From an uncultured Bacilli bacterium (lineage in GTDB: Bacteria; Bacillota_I; Bacilli_A; RF39; UBA660): a DNA stretch of 64,000 bases. Where the stretch lies: positions 32,001 through 96,000 of the forward strand of contig CANQQV010000002.1 of assembly GCA_947626095.1 (NCBI GenBank), written 5' to 3'. The notes beneath the pieces are model-generated. The model did no database searches. It was given only the letters and a program-made list of their open reading frames with translations, and was not told where the DNA came from. The position numbers were made by a program, and so were the translations under genes. Of the stretch, positions 8,767-17,614 are shown one piece after another. How positions within the stretch are numbered: position 1 is the first letter of the stretch; every line of letters starts with the position of its first letter.

Positions 8767-9081
8767 TTATTTCATTCCAGCAGAACTAGCAATGTCTTTT
8801 GTTTTAGAACTTAGGTCTTGAGCATCGCTATATACTGTTTCGTTTTTAGCAATATAATCGTTTAATTCTTCATCGAATTTACGAATAGTTGTTAAAACGT
8901 CATTATCGTATGCTTCAGCTAGCGAATTTGCAGTATCACCGCTTAAACCACTTGTAAGTAATACGTTTTTAACCGTTTCTTTCATTTCGTCTGCTACATC
9001 AGTCATTGCTTCAGCAGCACTTTTTAACATAGCTATAATTTGACCCATTTCTTCACCAGAAATTTCAAATGTTTTTGCCAC
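8767..9081 (-). CDS. WXG100-like protein (LxG variant)
   Basis: 104 aa, GTG start with an AGGAGGTG RBS, central GLSGDTA turn, directly after esaB. Confidence 0.8.
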   Translation of the reverse strand: MAKTFEISGEEMGQIIAMLKSAAEAMTDVADEMKETVKNVLLTSGLSGDTANSLAEAYDNDVLTTIRKFDEELNDYIAKNETVYSDAQDLSSKTKDIASSAGMK

Positions 9082-9096
9082 TAATCTTACACCTCC

Positions 9097-9354
9097 TTAT
9101 ATTAAAATTATTTTCGCACCATTTAAAATGTTGTTTTCTAAAAAGGTTTTATCAACATCATAAATAGCTCCATTGTCAGCATTAATTAGTGATAGTTTAT
9201 TGGAAACCGGAAAACTTCCATCTGTCATATCACTAATTGCCTTATTTAATAAGAATATAATTTCAATAGTCTTCTTATTAACAGGAATGAAAACATTGTA
9301 ACGTTCTTCAATGCTAGGTACAATTAAATCTACACAGACTTTATTATTATTCAT
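9097..9354 (-). CDS. esaB: EsaB/YukD ubiquitin-like T7SS protein
   Basis: 85 aa beta-grasp pattern (VCVDLIVPSIEERYNVFIP...TFLENNILNGAKIILI) next to essC. Confidence 0.85.
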   Translation of the reverse strand: MNNNKVCVDLIVPSIEERYNVFIPVNKKTIEIIFLLNKAISDMTDGSFPVSNKLSLINADNGAIYDVDKTFLENNILNGAKIILI

Positions 9355-9383
9355 AATAAAACCTCCTATTAAAATAGTCGACT

Positions 9384-9446
9384 TAAGAATATATGATAGT
9401 CATACCATTTCTGACCAATTCCCCTTAACCATCGATTATACTCTTA
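9384..9446 (-). promoter_or_regulatory. structured 5' leader (candidate cis-regulatory RNA), copy 1
   Basis: Begins at the predicted +1. Stem TAAGAGTATA/TATATTCTTA and inner stem GATGGTTA/TGACTATC enclose AGGGGAATTGGT. Confidence 0.5.
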
Positions 9447-9453
9447 TATATTT

Positions 9454-9482
9454 ATAATACACTTTATAAAATGTAAAGTCAA
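9454..9482 (-). promoter_or_regulatory. sigma-A promoter of esaB / module A
   Basis: TTGACT-17 bp-TATTAT on the minus strand. Confidence 0.7.
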
Positions 9483-9492
9483 TTGAATAAAC

Positions 9493-9515
9493 AAAAAGGT
9501 TAACACTCGTTAACC
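9493..9515 (-). terminator. intrinsic terminator after essC
   Basis: GGTTAAC-gagt-GTTAACC-TTTTT immediately after the stop codon. Confidence 0.8.
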
Positions 9516-12500
9516 TTATAATGTTTCATATACTTCATCTTCACCCATTTCAGAAATTACTTTAACTAAAACAGTTGTATTACCATCAACATAATAACCG
9601 AAATTCTTTTCTAGTTTGGCTGATAATACTCTTGAAGATAAGGTAGATTTGATTGTATATTGTGTGCCCATGCCATTACCGATCCAAACACCTCTTGTAC
9701 CAGAAACAGTGTCTTTATACCATGGCTCGAACTCACGTTTTTTGATATTATCACTTGAATCGATAAGAACAAATTGAACTTTTGGCATACCTTTAATCAT
9801 AGAGATTAAACCACTATATGCACCATCATATTCAGTACCTAACATATTTTTAAATTTATCGATACCAACGATGAAGCAAACGTATTCGCCATATTCATTT
9901 AAGGAATTAGCATCGAAACTAGATTCTTTATATTTGTTATACATATCAAAAATTTGTTTACCAAAAACTTTAAAGTTTTCAACAATTGAGTTGTCATAAT
10001 ATGTTGTTGTACTTTCTAGATTCTTATAAGCTTTCTCTAAGTCATAAACGAAACAGTTTTTACCAATAACATTTGCAACTTCACTGATAAATAGTTCACC
10101 GAAATTCTTAATTTCATTAAATTCCATACCAGTAATAATATTAACCGTACTTCTTGTTAAATCGAATGTTCTAACTTGTAGAGATTCTTTTTCGATACCA
10201 ACTGGAATAGAATTAATACCTTTTCTTTCATCAGCACAATAAGCAACAGTTACTACTTCTGGTAGAACTGGTACTTTTGGTGCACTATCAGGATATAACT
10301 TACATAATTCATTAATTTTATCTAGAACAAAGCCATTTAAATTTTCTTTTTCCGTTGGAACAGCAGCTTGGAATTCAAATACTTCTTCTAATTTTACTAA
10401 ACCACGACCTGAAACATTAGCTGGTTCAATCTTAGTTCTAGCTAGTAATGATGAATAATCGTATTTATCATTCATTTGGAAGACTAAATGGTTTGGTAAG
10501 TATTGAGAAAGTCTATTTCTAATACCATTTGAAGTTGTTGATGTCATAACGAAGTAAACACCATACTTTTGACAATCACGAGTTATTGTAGCTAGTAAGT
10601 CAAAGGTATCTTCACCAAAGTTTTCGTTATATAATTCGAAACCATTAATAATAATTAAGATGTTAGGAATAACTTTGCCTGTAGCTTTAGAATATGATAC
10701 ATAATCACCACCATAGTCAGCAAATAGTTTTTTTCGTTTAGCAATGGTATCACTAATTACTTTCCATAAATTGATTACTTTATCAACATCATTTTGTAAA
10801 ATAACATCACCAACTTGAGGAGCTTTACGATACATTTTTAAGGTTTCAGAACCAAAGTCAAGTAAATACATATTAAGTTCAGCAGGTGAATAAGTTGTAA
10901 TACAAGAATAAACTAAAGAATTAATCATTTCTTCTTTACCACTATCGGCCATACCATAAACGATCCAGTTACCTTCTCTAGTAATTGGCATTGTAAGTAA
11001 TCCTTGCTTTTGTAAGTTAGGGGCATCGTATTCACCAATAACAGGGTTGATATCACAAGCAATTTTTTGATAGCTATATTTTTCTTTTAAAGCATCAATA
11101 TAGATGACTGGTGCTAAAGCATTAAGCCATAATTGTTTAACTTTAATATTTTCTTTTTTAGATACTTCAACTAAGTATTTCATAATATTTGGTAATTCTT
11201 CACCTTTTAGAACACCAGAGAAACTATTACGTCCATCTTCAACAATCTTAATTGGCATACCCAAATTATCAACAAAAGTAATTGAATTATCTACTTTTTT
11301 CTTACGAACGTCTGATTCGTAGTAAGGAGCACCAGTCCAAGCTGATTGACCTAAAGCGAAGTATTCATCGTAACCTACTTGTAGAAAGAAACGTCCTGTT
11401 TCTTTTAGGGAAGCAGCATCAGGTCTTTTAATCATTTCTTGACTATCTGAGCGGTCTTGAACTTTTAAGCAGACTTTAAATTTGGCGTTGGACCAGATTT
11501 GGTCATTAACAACACCACTTGGTTTTTGGGTTGCTAAAATTAAGTGAACTCCTAGAGAACGACCAATACGAGCGGTTGAAATAAGTTCGTTCATGAAATC
11601 AGGCTGTTGAGCTTTTAATTCAGCGAACTCATCGGAAATGATAAACAAATGAGATACTGGTTCATCAACTTGACCATTACGATATAGTCTTTGATATTTA
11701 TAAATATCAATTGTTGATTCACCTACTTTATCTCTGGCTTTATTGAAGACAGCTTGACGTCTTTTTAGTTCACTTTGTAAGGAAGCTAAACTACGATTTA
11801 TTTCACTAACATCTAAGTTGGTTATAGTACCAGCTAAATGAGGTAGTCTTAAACCAGTTTCACGGTTTTCAAACGCACCTGCCAAACCTCCACCTTTATA
11901 GTCGATTAATACGAATTGAACTTCGTATGGGTGGAAATTAATGGCAGTACTTAAAATAAATGTAATAATGAATTCTGATTTACCTGAACCAGTCATACCA
12001 GCTATTAAACCATGTGGACCATGAGCTTTTTCATGTAAGTCTAATTTGAATAAATCGCCATATTCATTTATACCAACTGGAACTGCTAAAGAATTAATTG
12101 GATCGCTTTCTTTCCATTTAGCTAAAGCATTTAATTGGTTAACATTTGAAACATTATACATTTCTAAGAATGAATAAGATGATGGTAATTGGAATTTACC
12201 GCCATTTAAAGCGATTGGAATATTAGAAAGAACATAAGTGTATTTTTCTAATGAGCCATACATAAAGTCAGGGATAAAATTAATTCTTCGACTATCTGAT
12301 AGAACTCTTTCAAAAACACCACCAGTACGTTCATCAACACTGATAAAGTGTTCTACTTCATTTGGTAAGGAATTTAATTTTTCGGTAAAGATTAATAAAC
12401 TGATACCAACGTATTCGACAGATTCGATTAAAGAACGAATGACACTAACATTTCTAACTAAATCAATATCGTCAGTAATAATTAAGTATCTGGTTGATAA

Positions 12501-14183
12501 TTTAACGTTATTTTTTTGACCACCAAGAGAATCTTTTTCTTCATTGGCTTCTTTAATATTATTAAGTAGTTCTTCAAAATAAGAACTTATTTGATTGATT
12601 TCATCGGTATTAGTACCAAAGAATCTAATTGTACGATTATCATCCCAGAAATAAGGACAATCTTTGATATCTTCCCAGAATTTTTCATTTTCTTTATTAG
12701 TAAAGACACAAACTTTTAAAGAGTCATAGCCGTGATATGCAAAGATTTGTAACAGTAATCCTCTTAAGAAAGGATTAGTAATGGTTTTTTGTCCTATAAC
12801 AGCAGTTATATATTTTTCAACAAAAGAATAAGTAACTGGGACATTTTCAAGTAAATTAGTTTCTTTTTCTAACTCTCTTAAGTAGCCCATTAAGTTATCT
12901 TCATCTTCCATTGAGAAATGCTCATCAGGATAATTAATAGTAAAATATGGAGGAATTGAACCGATTCCTAATCTTAATGAAAGGAAATCGTAATCATCAA
13001 TATTTTTTTCCCATAAATTTCTTTTTTTATAAAGAATAATATCGCCAACATCTTTTAAAGGAATATATTTTTCAATTAAAAGTTGTTGTTCTCTCTTTAT
13101 TTCAATTAAGAATTCTTCTCTTTTCTTATTAACATAATTACTATATGTGGCTTGTCTTTTTCGTTCATAAACTACCTTTTTATGCTTGTTATACATTTTA
13201 CTAATTGTTGGTAAAACTAACATACAACATAACATAGCAGCGGCGGTTAATAGTGAAGGCAATGCAGTTGATAATGGAGTTGTTCCATTAATAACATTAG
13301 TTAAGGTCATAACACCAGTCATCATTGAACTCATACCCATCATCATCATAGAACCCATTGTTAAAATGGCTGGCATTTCTTCTTGTTTCTGAGCAGCAGG
13401 TGGTGGATCAATAACAAGAGTCTTTTCTTCAATACGTTCATCAAAACGTGGTGGTTTTAAGAAGTAATCTTCTTTTTTATACATTTCAATAATTGGATCT
13501 GGCTCAGTTGGAATTTTAGAATAATCTAACTCAGGAGTCATTCGCATATTAAACATTTGCGAATCAAATTTAACAAGTTTATTAGGATTATTGATATAAA
13601 AGATATCTTTAATAATAGATAATTTTAAACCTAGAATAAAAATAGTATCGCCATATCTTAAGTCGGCACTAACAGCAGGGATGCCATTAACATACATAGG
13701 AATTTGTGGATTAATATTAGTAACTGAATAAATACCATTATTAAAATCTATTTTTAATTGATTTCTAGCTACGCCTGGTTGCTCATAAGAAATAATATTA
13801 GGATAACCAGTACTACCATCACTACCTTGAGCACCATTATTACCAATATACCAAGTAACGTTGCTATTTAAAGTATTAATTGCAACATTTAATTGTAAAG
13901 CATTTTCATCATAAATTGGGCAAGTATAGATAACATAACTATCACCAAGTAGAACGTTTTTTAGGGTATAAAATTTTTCATATTCAAGTAAAGTATCATC
14001 AACAGCTGTGCCGTTTCTGAACACTTTTACATCACTATTACTTTTTAAGACCCAATTGCCGTCAGATGCTTGAACACTAACTAAGTTTTCACGATTAGCA
14101 TTAACTATCCAGTAGTTACCAAATACATCGTTAGGAAGAGTTAAATTTACTAATTTTGTAGCATCCATCAACATTATTTTCAT
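9516..14183 (-). CDS. essC: type VII secretion ATPase EssC (FHA domains, 2 TM helices, FtsK/SpoIIIE ATPase domains)
   Basis: FHA-like N-terminus, DPPP before two TM helices, HGPHGLIAGMTGSGKSE Walker A, IISDEFAEL Walker B, RIGRSLGVHLILATQKP. D2 and D3 Walker A motifs are degenerate. ATG at 14183 preferred over GTG at 14192 on RBS spacing. Confidence 0.97.
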   Translation of the reverse strand: MKIMLMDATKLVNLTLPNDVFGNYWIVNANRENLVSVQASDGNWVLKSNSDVKVFRNGTAVDDTLLEYEKFYTLKNVLLGDSYVIYTCPIYDENALQLNVAINTLNSNVTWYIGNNGAQGSDGSTGYPNIISYEQPGVARNQLKIDFNNGIYSVTNINPQIPMYVNGIPAVSADLRYGDTIFILGLKLSIIKDIFYINNPNKLVKFDSQMFNMRMTPELDYSKIPTEPDPIIEMYKKEDYFLKPPRFDERIEEKTLVIDPPPAAQKQEEMPAILTMGSMMMMGMSSMMTGVMTLTNVINGTTPLSTALPSLLTAAAMLCCMLVLPTISKMYNKHKKVVYERKRQATYSNYVNKKREEFLIEIKREQQLLIEKYIPLKDVGDIILYKKRNLWEKNIDDYDFLSLRLGIGSIPPYFTINYPDEHFSMEDEDNLMGYLRELEKETNLLENVPVTYSFVEKYITAVIGQKTITNPFLRGLLLQIFAYHGYDSLKVCVFTNKENEKFWEDIKDCPYFWDDNRTIRFFGTNTDEINQISSYFEELLNNIKEANEEKDSLGGQKNNVKLSTRYLIITDDIDLVRNVSVIRSLIESVEYVGISLLIFTEKLNSLPNEVEHFISVDERTGGVFERVLSDSRRINFIPDFMYGSLEKYTYVLSNIPIALNGGKFQLPSSYSFLEMYNVSNVNQLNALAKWKESDPINSLAVPVGINEYGDLFKLDLHEKAHGPHGLIAGMTGSGKSEFIITFILSTAINFHPYEVQFVLIDYKGGGLAGAFENRETGLRLPHLAGTITNLDVSEINRSLASLQSELKRRQAVFNKARDKVGESTIDIYKYQRLYRNGQVDEPVSHLFIISDEFAELKAQQPDFMNELISTARIGRSLGVHLILATQKPSGVVNDQIWSNAKFKVCLKVQDRSDSQEMIKRPDAASLKETGRFFLQVGYDEYFALGQSAWTGAPYYESDVRKKKVDNSITFVDNLGMPIKIVEDGRNSFSGVLKGEELPNIMKYLVEVSKKENIKVKQLWLNALAPVIYIDALKEKYSYQKIACDINPVIGEYDAPNLQKQGLLTMPITREGNWIVYGMADSGKEEMINSLVYSCITTYSPAELNMYLLDFGSETLKMYRKAPQVGDVILQNDVDKVINLWKVISDTIAKRKKLFADYGGDYVSYSKATGKVIPNILIIINGFELYNENFGEDTFDLLATITRDCQKYGVYFVMTSTTSNGIRNRLSQYLPNHLVFQMNDKYDYSSLLARTKIEPANVSGRGLVKLEEVFEFQAAVPTEKENLNGFVLDKINELCKLYPDSAPKVPVLPEVVTVAYCADERKGINSIPVGIEKESLQVRTFDLTRSTVNIITGMEFNEIKNFGELFISEVANVIGKNCFVYDLEKAYKNLESTTTYYDNSIVENFKVFGKQIFDMYNKYKESSFDANSLNEYGEYVCFIVGIDKFKNMLGTEYDGAYSGLISMIKGMPKVQFVLIDSSDNIKKREFEPWYKDTVSGTRGVWIGNGMGTQYTIKSTLSSRVLSAKLEKNFGYYVDGNTTVLVKVISEMGEDEVYETL

Positions 14184-14210
14184 ACTTGCCACACTCCCTA
14201 TTCTTTAGTA

Positions 14211-14239
14211 ATTATATCTTAAATAACGGATAATTACAA
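14211..14239 (-). promoter_or_regulatory. sigma-A promoter of essC
   Basis: TTGTAA-17 bp-TATAAT. Confidence 0.65.
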
Positions 14240-14242
14240 TAT

Positions 14243-14270
14243 AAAAGGAATTCCTTTCAGATAGAATTCC
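14243..14270 (-). terminator. intrinsic terminator after the nucleotidyltransferase gene
   Basis: GGAATTC-10 nt-GAATTCC-TTTT. Confidence 0.65.
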
Positions 14271-14274
14271 ATTA

Positions 14275-15504
14275 TTAATTTAGTTTTAAATTTTCATCAT
14301 TAGATAATGATTTTAAATAGGCTTCTAAAGCAGTACACATTTTTAAAAATCCTTCTTGGCGCATATTCTTGACAATAAAGCTATCATAAGGAAAATCGCC
14401 TTTTGCTTTGCTAACATGATTATTACCAAAATCTATAATATGATAATCTTTTTCAAATTCAATAAATGATTTACCTTGAGCATGAGTTAAAAAATCAAGA
14501 GCAGCTTCTTTAAAAGAACCACCATATTGTAAAATCCAATTTTCAATACCAACACCACCTAAACCACCCTGTTTATTATCACTACGATAAGCTTTATATA
14601 CACCAGCAGCTTTTAAAACTTTTTTAGCTTTTACAATATTGGCAATAACCATACGGTATCTCATTTCATCTTGATTTTTAATCGTTTCTAATCTATCACT
14701 TAAAGCTTGATCAGTTGAATAATAAATTTCTTTAGTAGGAATAAAGGAAATATCGATATCAGCAAGTTTATTTAAACCAGCAACACGAACGCCATAAAAC
14801 CTAAAACGATATGGTGAGGTTTGACCAAATAAGTGATTTAAATTGTGAGCAAGAAGATTTTTAACTTCTTCCATTTGAGATGGAGAAACTCTTAAAGCAA
14901 AATCATAATCACCATTTTTAGTTGTATCAGAAGGTGGTAAACTAGTTCCTCGAGATGTTGAACCAGTTCCAAGTAGCTCGATATCACCTTGACCAAGTTC
15001 AAAGCTTACACTTCCCAAACTTTCAAGAAACTGTTTTAAGTAATCTTTAACGGTGTTTTCTTCAGAAATTACCTTAGCATTATTTTGTGCAATTTCAGCC
15101 ATTAATTCATCAATTCCCGGAAAAGATAAATCATCAGAAAAAATAAAATCACCAGCGTTATATTTTTTTAAACCACTCATCTTTTTTCTCATCGCTAAGA
15201 ATTCTTCTTCACTAAAAAGTAATTGTTTAGTTTCTTTGCTAAAGATGGGAAGATATTTATTATACATAGCTAAAAATAGTTTAACATCGGCCAAAAACAA
15301 GGCTTTTTCAATTTCAGGAACTTTATGAAAAAAAGATATTTTACTTTCATCAACTAAAATATAACTATTAGCACTATTAATAAAATATAAAGGTCCATTT
15401 GCATCACTTTGATGATTAGGAATAACTCCTTGTCTTAGAAAATCTTCTAATTCTTTTAAATTAGCTATATTATAGGTTTCGCTATTACTTACCATTTTAA
15501 TCAT
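14275..15504 (-). CDS. class I Pol-beta-superfamily nucleotidyltransferase (CCA/OAS/CD-NTase-like), function unknown
   Basis: GTGSTSRGT...DYDF (GS plus DxD), third Asp in ADIDISF, and a C-terminal KKVLKAAGVY...GGLGGVGIENWILQYGGSF helix module. Confidence 0.75.
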   Translation of the reverse strand: MIKMVSNSETYNIANLKELEDFLRQGVIPNHQSDANGPLYFINSANSYILVDESKISFFHKVPEIEKALFLADVKLFLAMYNKYLPIFSKETKQLLFSEEEFLAMRKKMSGLKKYNAGDFIFSDDLSFPGIDELMAEIAQNNAKVISEENTVKDYLKQFLESLGSVSFELGQGDIELLGTGSTSRGTSLPPSDTTKNGDYDFALRVSPSQMEEVKNLLAHNLNHLFGQTSPYRFRFYGVRVAGLNKLADIDISFIPTKEIYYSTDQALSDRLETIKNQDEMRYRMVIANIVKAKKVLKAAGVYKAYRSDNKQGGLGGVGIENWILQYGGSFKEAALDFLTHAQGKSFIEFEKDYHIIDFGNNHVSKAKGDFPYDSFIVKNMRQEGFLKMCTALEAYLKSLSNDENLKLN

Positions 15505-15579
15505 ACTTTCTACTATTTAAAATATATACAACTTTAATTATAGTGTCAATTAGACAAAATAAAATAGACAATTGCTTGT

Positions 15580-17343
15580 CTATTTATCATATCTTTTCTT
15601 TGATACTATATCGTCATTAATTAGTTTAATGAATTCATCTAGGGAAACAGTTGTAGTTTCTTCACTACCAGCACGACGATAAGAAACAGTATTATCATCA
15701 ACTTCTTTTTGACCTAAGATTAACATATAAGGAATCTTTCTAATTACTGATTCTCTTAATTTGTATCCTAATTTCTCGTTACGAGCATCAAGTTCTACTC
15801 TAAAGCCAGCTTCTTTTAATTTATTGTATACTTCATTACTATAAGCTTCATGATATTGAATATTAACTGGAACTACTTGAACTTGAACTGGTGCTAACCA
15901 AACTGGTAAATAACCTTTTGTTTCTTCTAAGTAATAAGCAATAAAACGGTCAATACTACCAAAGATAGCACGGTGTAAAACAACCGGAGTCTTTTTAGAG
16001 CCATCACTATCGATATAACCTAAGTCAAAACGCATAGGTAGACAGAAGTCTAATTGACAAGTTGATAAGGTATATTCAGGACCAACTGCTGGTTTAACTT
16101 GAACATCTAGTTTAGGACCATAGAAAGCAGCTTCACCTATTTTTTCAACATAGTCATAACCTAAGTCATTTAAAACGTTACGTAAAGTAGTTTCGGCATT
16201 ATTCCACATATCATCATCTGGATAATACTTAACTTTATCTTCAGGATCTCTTAAAGATAATTCAAAACGAAAATCTTTAATACCTAATTCTTTATAGACA
16301 TCTAAGATTAGATTAACTACTGATGAGAATTCAGATTCAATTTGTTCTGGAGTAACAAATAAGTGAGCATCATTTTGACAGAAAGTTCTAACTCTTTCAA
16401 TACCTTTTAAGGAACCACTAGTTTCAAAACGAGCATCACGAGCTATTTCACCGATACGAATTGGTAAATCACGATATGAATGAACACTATTACTATATAT
16501 CATCATATGATGAGGACAGTTCATTGGTCTTAAAACGAATTCTTCACCTTCAACTTCCATCTTAGGGAACATATTATCTTTATAGTGATCCCAATGACCA
16601 GAAGTTTTATATAATTCAACATTACCAATTGGTGGAGTTAAAACATGTAAATAACCTAGCGCTCTTTCTTTACCTTTAATATAGTTTTCTAATAATTCCC
16701 ATACAAGATAACCATTTGGTAAATACATTGGTAAGCCTTTACCTACTAAGTCACTCACCATGAAGATTTCTAGATCTTTACCAATTTTACGATGATCACG
16801 CATCTTCATTTCTTCTAATTCTTTTAAGTGTTCATTTAGTTCTTCTTCAGTTGGGAAACAAACACCATAGATTCTTTGAAGCATCTTGTTATTTGCATCA
16901 CCTTTGTAGTATGCACCACTAAATTTAGTTAATTTAAAGTATTTAACTTCTTTAGTATTAGACATATGTGGTCCACGACAAAGGTCAGTAAAATCACCTT
17001 GAGTATAACAAGAAATAGTTGTTCCATCTTCCATTCTTTCGATTAAATCAATCTTATATTCATCATCTTTAAACATATCTAAAGCTTCTTCTTTAGATAT
17101 TTCTCTTCGAACGATGTTTTTAGCAGACTTAGAACATTTCTTCATTTCTTTTTCAATTTTAGCTAAATCTTCGTCGGTAATCTTTTCGTCTCCTAAATCA
17201 ATATCATAGTAGAATCCTTCTTCAACTACTGGGCCTACCCAGAATTTAGCTTGAGGATATAAATGTTTTACTGCTTGAGCAAGTAAATGAGCACAACTAT
17301 GATTTAAAACATTTAATTTTTCATCTTCTTTAAAATTTACCAT
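15580..17343 (-). CDS. thrS: threonine--tRNA ligase (short form lacking the N-terminal TGS domain)
   Basis: HSCAH editing motif, DLCRGPH, RDHRKIG, LRPMNCPHH, GEAAFYGPK, HRAIFGS. ATG at 17343. Confidence 0.97.
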   Translation of the reverse strand: MVNFKEDEKLNVLNHSCAHLLAQAVKHLYPQAKFWVGPVVEEGFYYDIDLGDEKITDEDLAKIEKEMKKCSKSAKNIVRREISKEEALDMFKDDEYKIDLIERMEDGTTISCYTQGDFTDLCRGPHMSNTKEVKYFKLTKFSGAYYKGDANNKMLQRIYGVCFPTEEELNEHLKELEEMKMRDHRKIGKDLEIFMVSDLVGKGLPMYLPNGYLVWELLENYIKGKERALGYLHVLTPPIGNVELYKTSGHWDHYKDNMFPKMEVEGEEFVLRPMNCPHHMMIYSNSVHSYRDLPIRIGEIARDARFETSGSLKGIERVRTFCQNDAHLFVTPEQIESEFSSVVNLILDVYKELGIKDFRFELSLRDPEDKVKYYPDDDMWNNAETTLRNVLNDLGYDYVEKIGEAAFYGPKLDVQVKPAVGPEYTLSTCQLDFCLPMRFDLGYIDSDGSKKTPVVLHRAIFGSIDRFIAYYLEETKGYLPVWLAPVQVQVVPVNIQYHEAYSNEVYNKLKEAGFRVELDARNEKLGYKLRESVIRKIPYMLILGQKEVDDNTVSYRRAGSEETTTVSLDEFIKLINDDIVSKKRYDK

Positions 17344-17369
17344 ATTACTTCTTTCCTTTCCTTTTAAAT

Positions 17370-17560
17370 AAAAAAACCACATTATTTGCAAGGAGCAAAT
17401 AATGCGGTACCATCCTTTATTTAACTTAATTATTGATAACGGCCTTAACCGGGTTTTATTAAACCTCTCAGAAGATAGTAACTATTAAGTCTTCTATTCA
17501 TTTCCACCAACATGAATTCTCTATAAGCAAGGTTCTTAATAATCGTGTTCTTCCTCATTG
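17370..17560 (-). promoter_or_regulatory. T-box riboswitch leader of thrS
   Basis: AGAGA and GGTGGAA stem I motifs. T-box AAGGATGGTACCGC (17404-17417) overlaps a terminator hairpin with U-tract. TTGACA-17-TAGTAT promoter at 17571-17599. Confidence 0.9.
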
Positions 17561-17614
17561 AATTAACTAAATACTACTACCAATAATTTATTTTGTCAAA
17601 TTTTTTTTACTAGT

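Noticed and set aside
14275-15504. CBASS operon
   Set aside because: The gene is monocistronic, with no Cap effector, E1/E2/JAB or HORMA genes adjacent.
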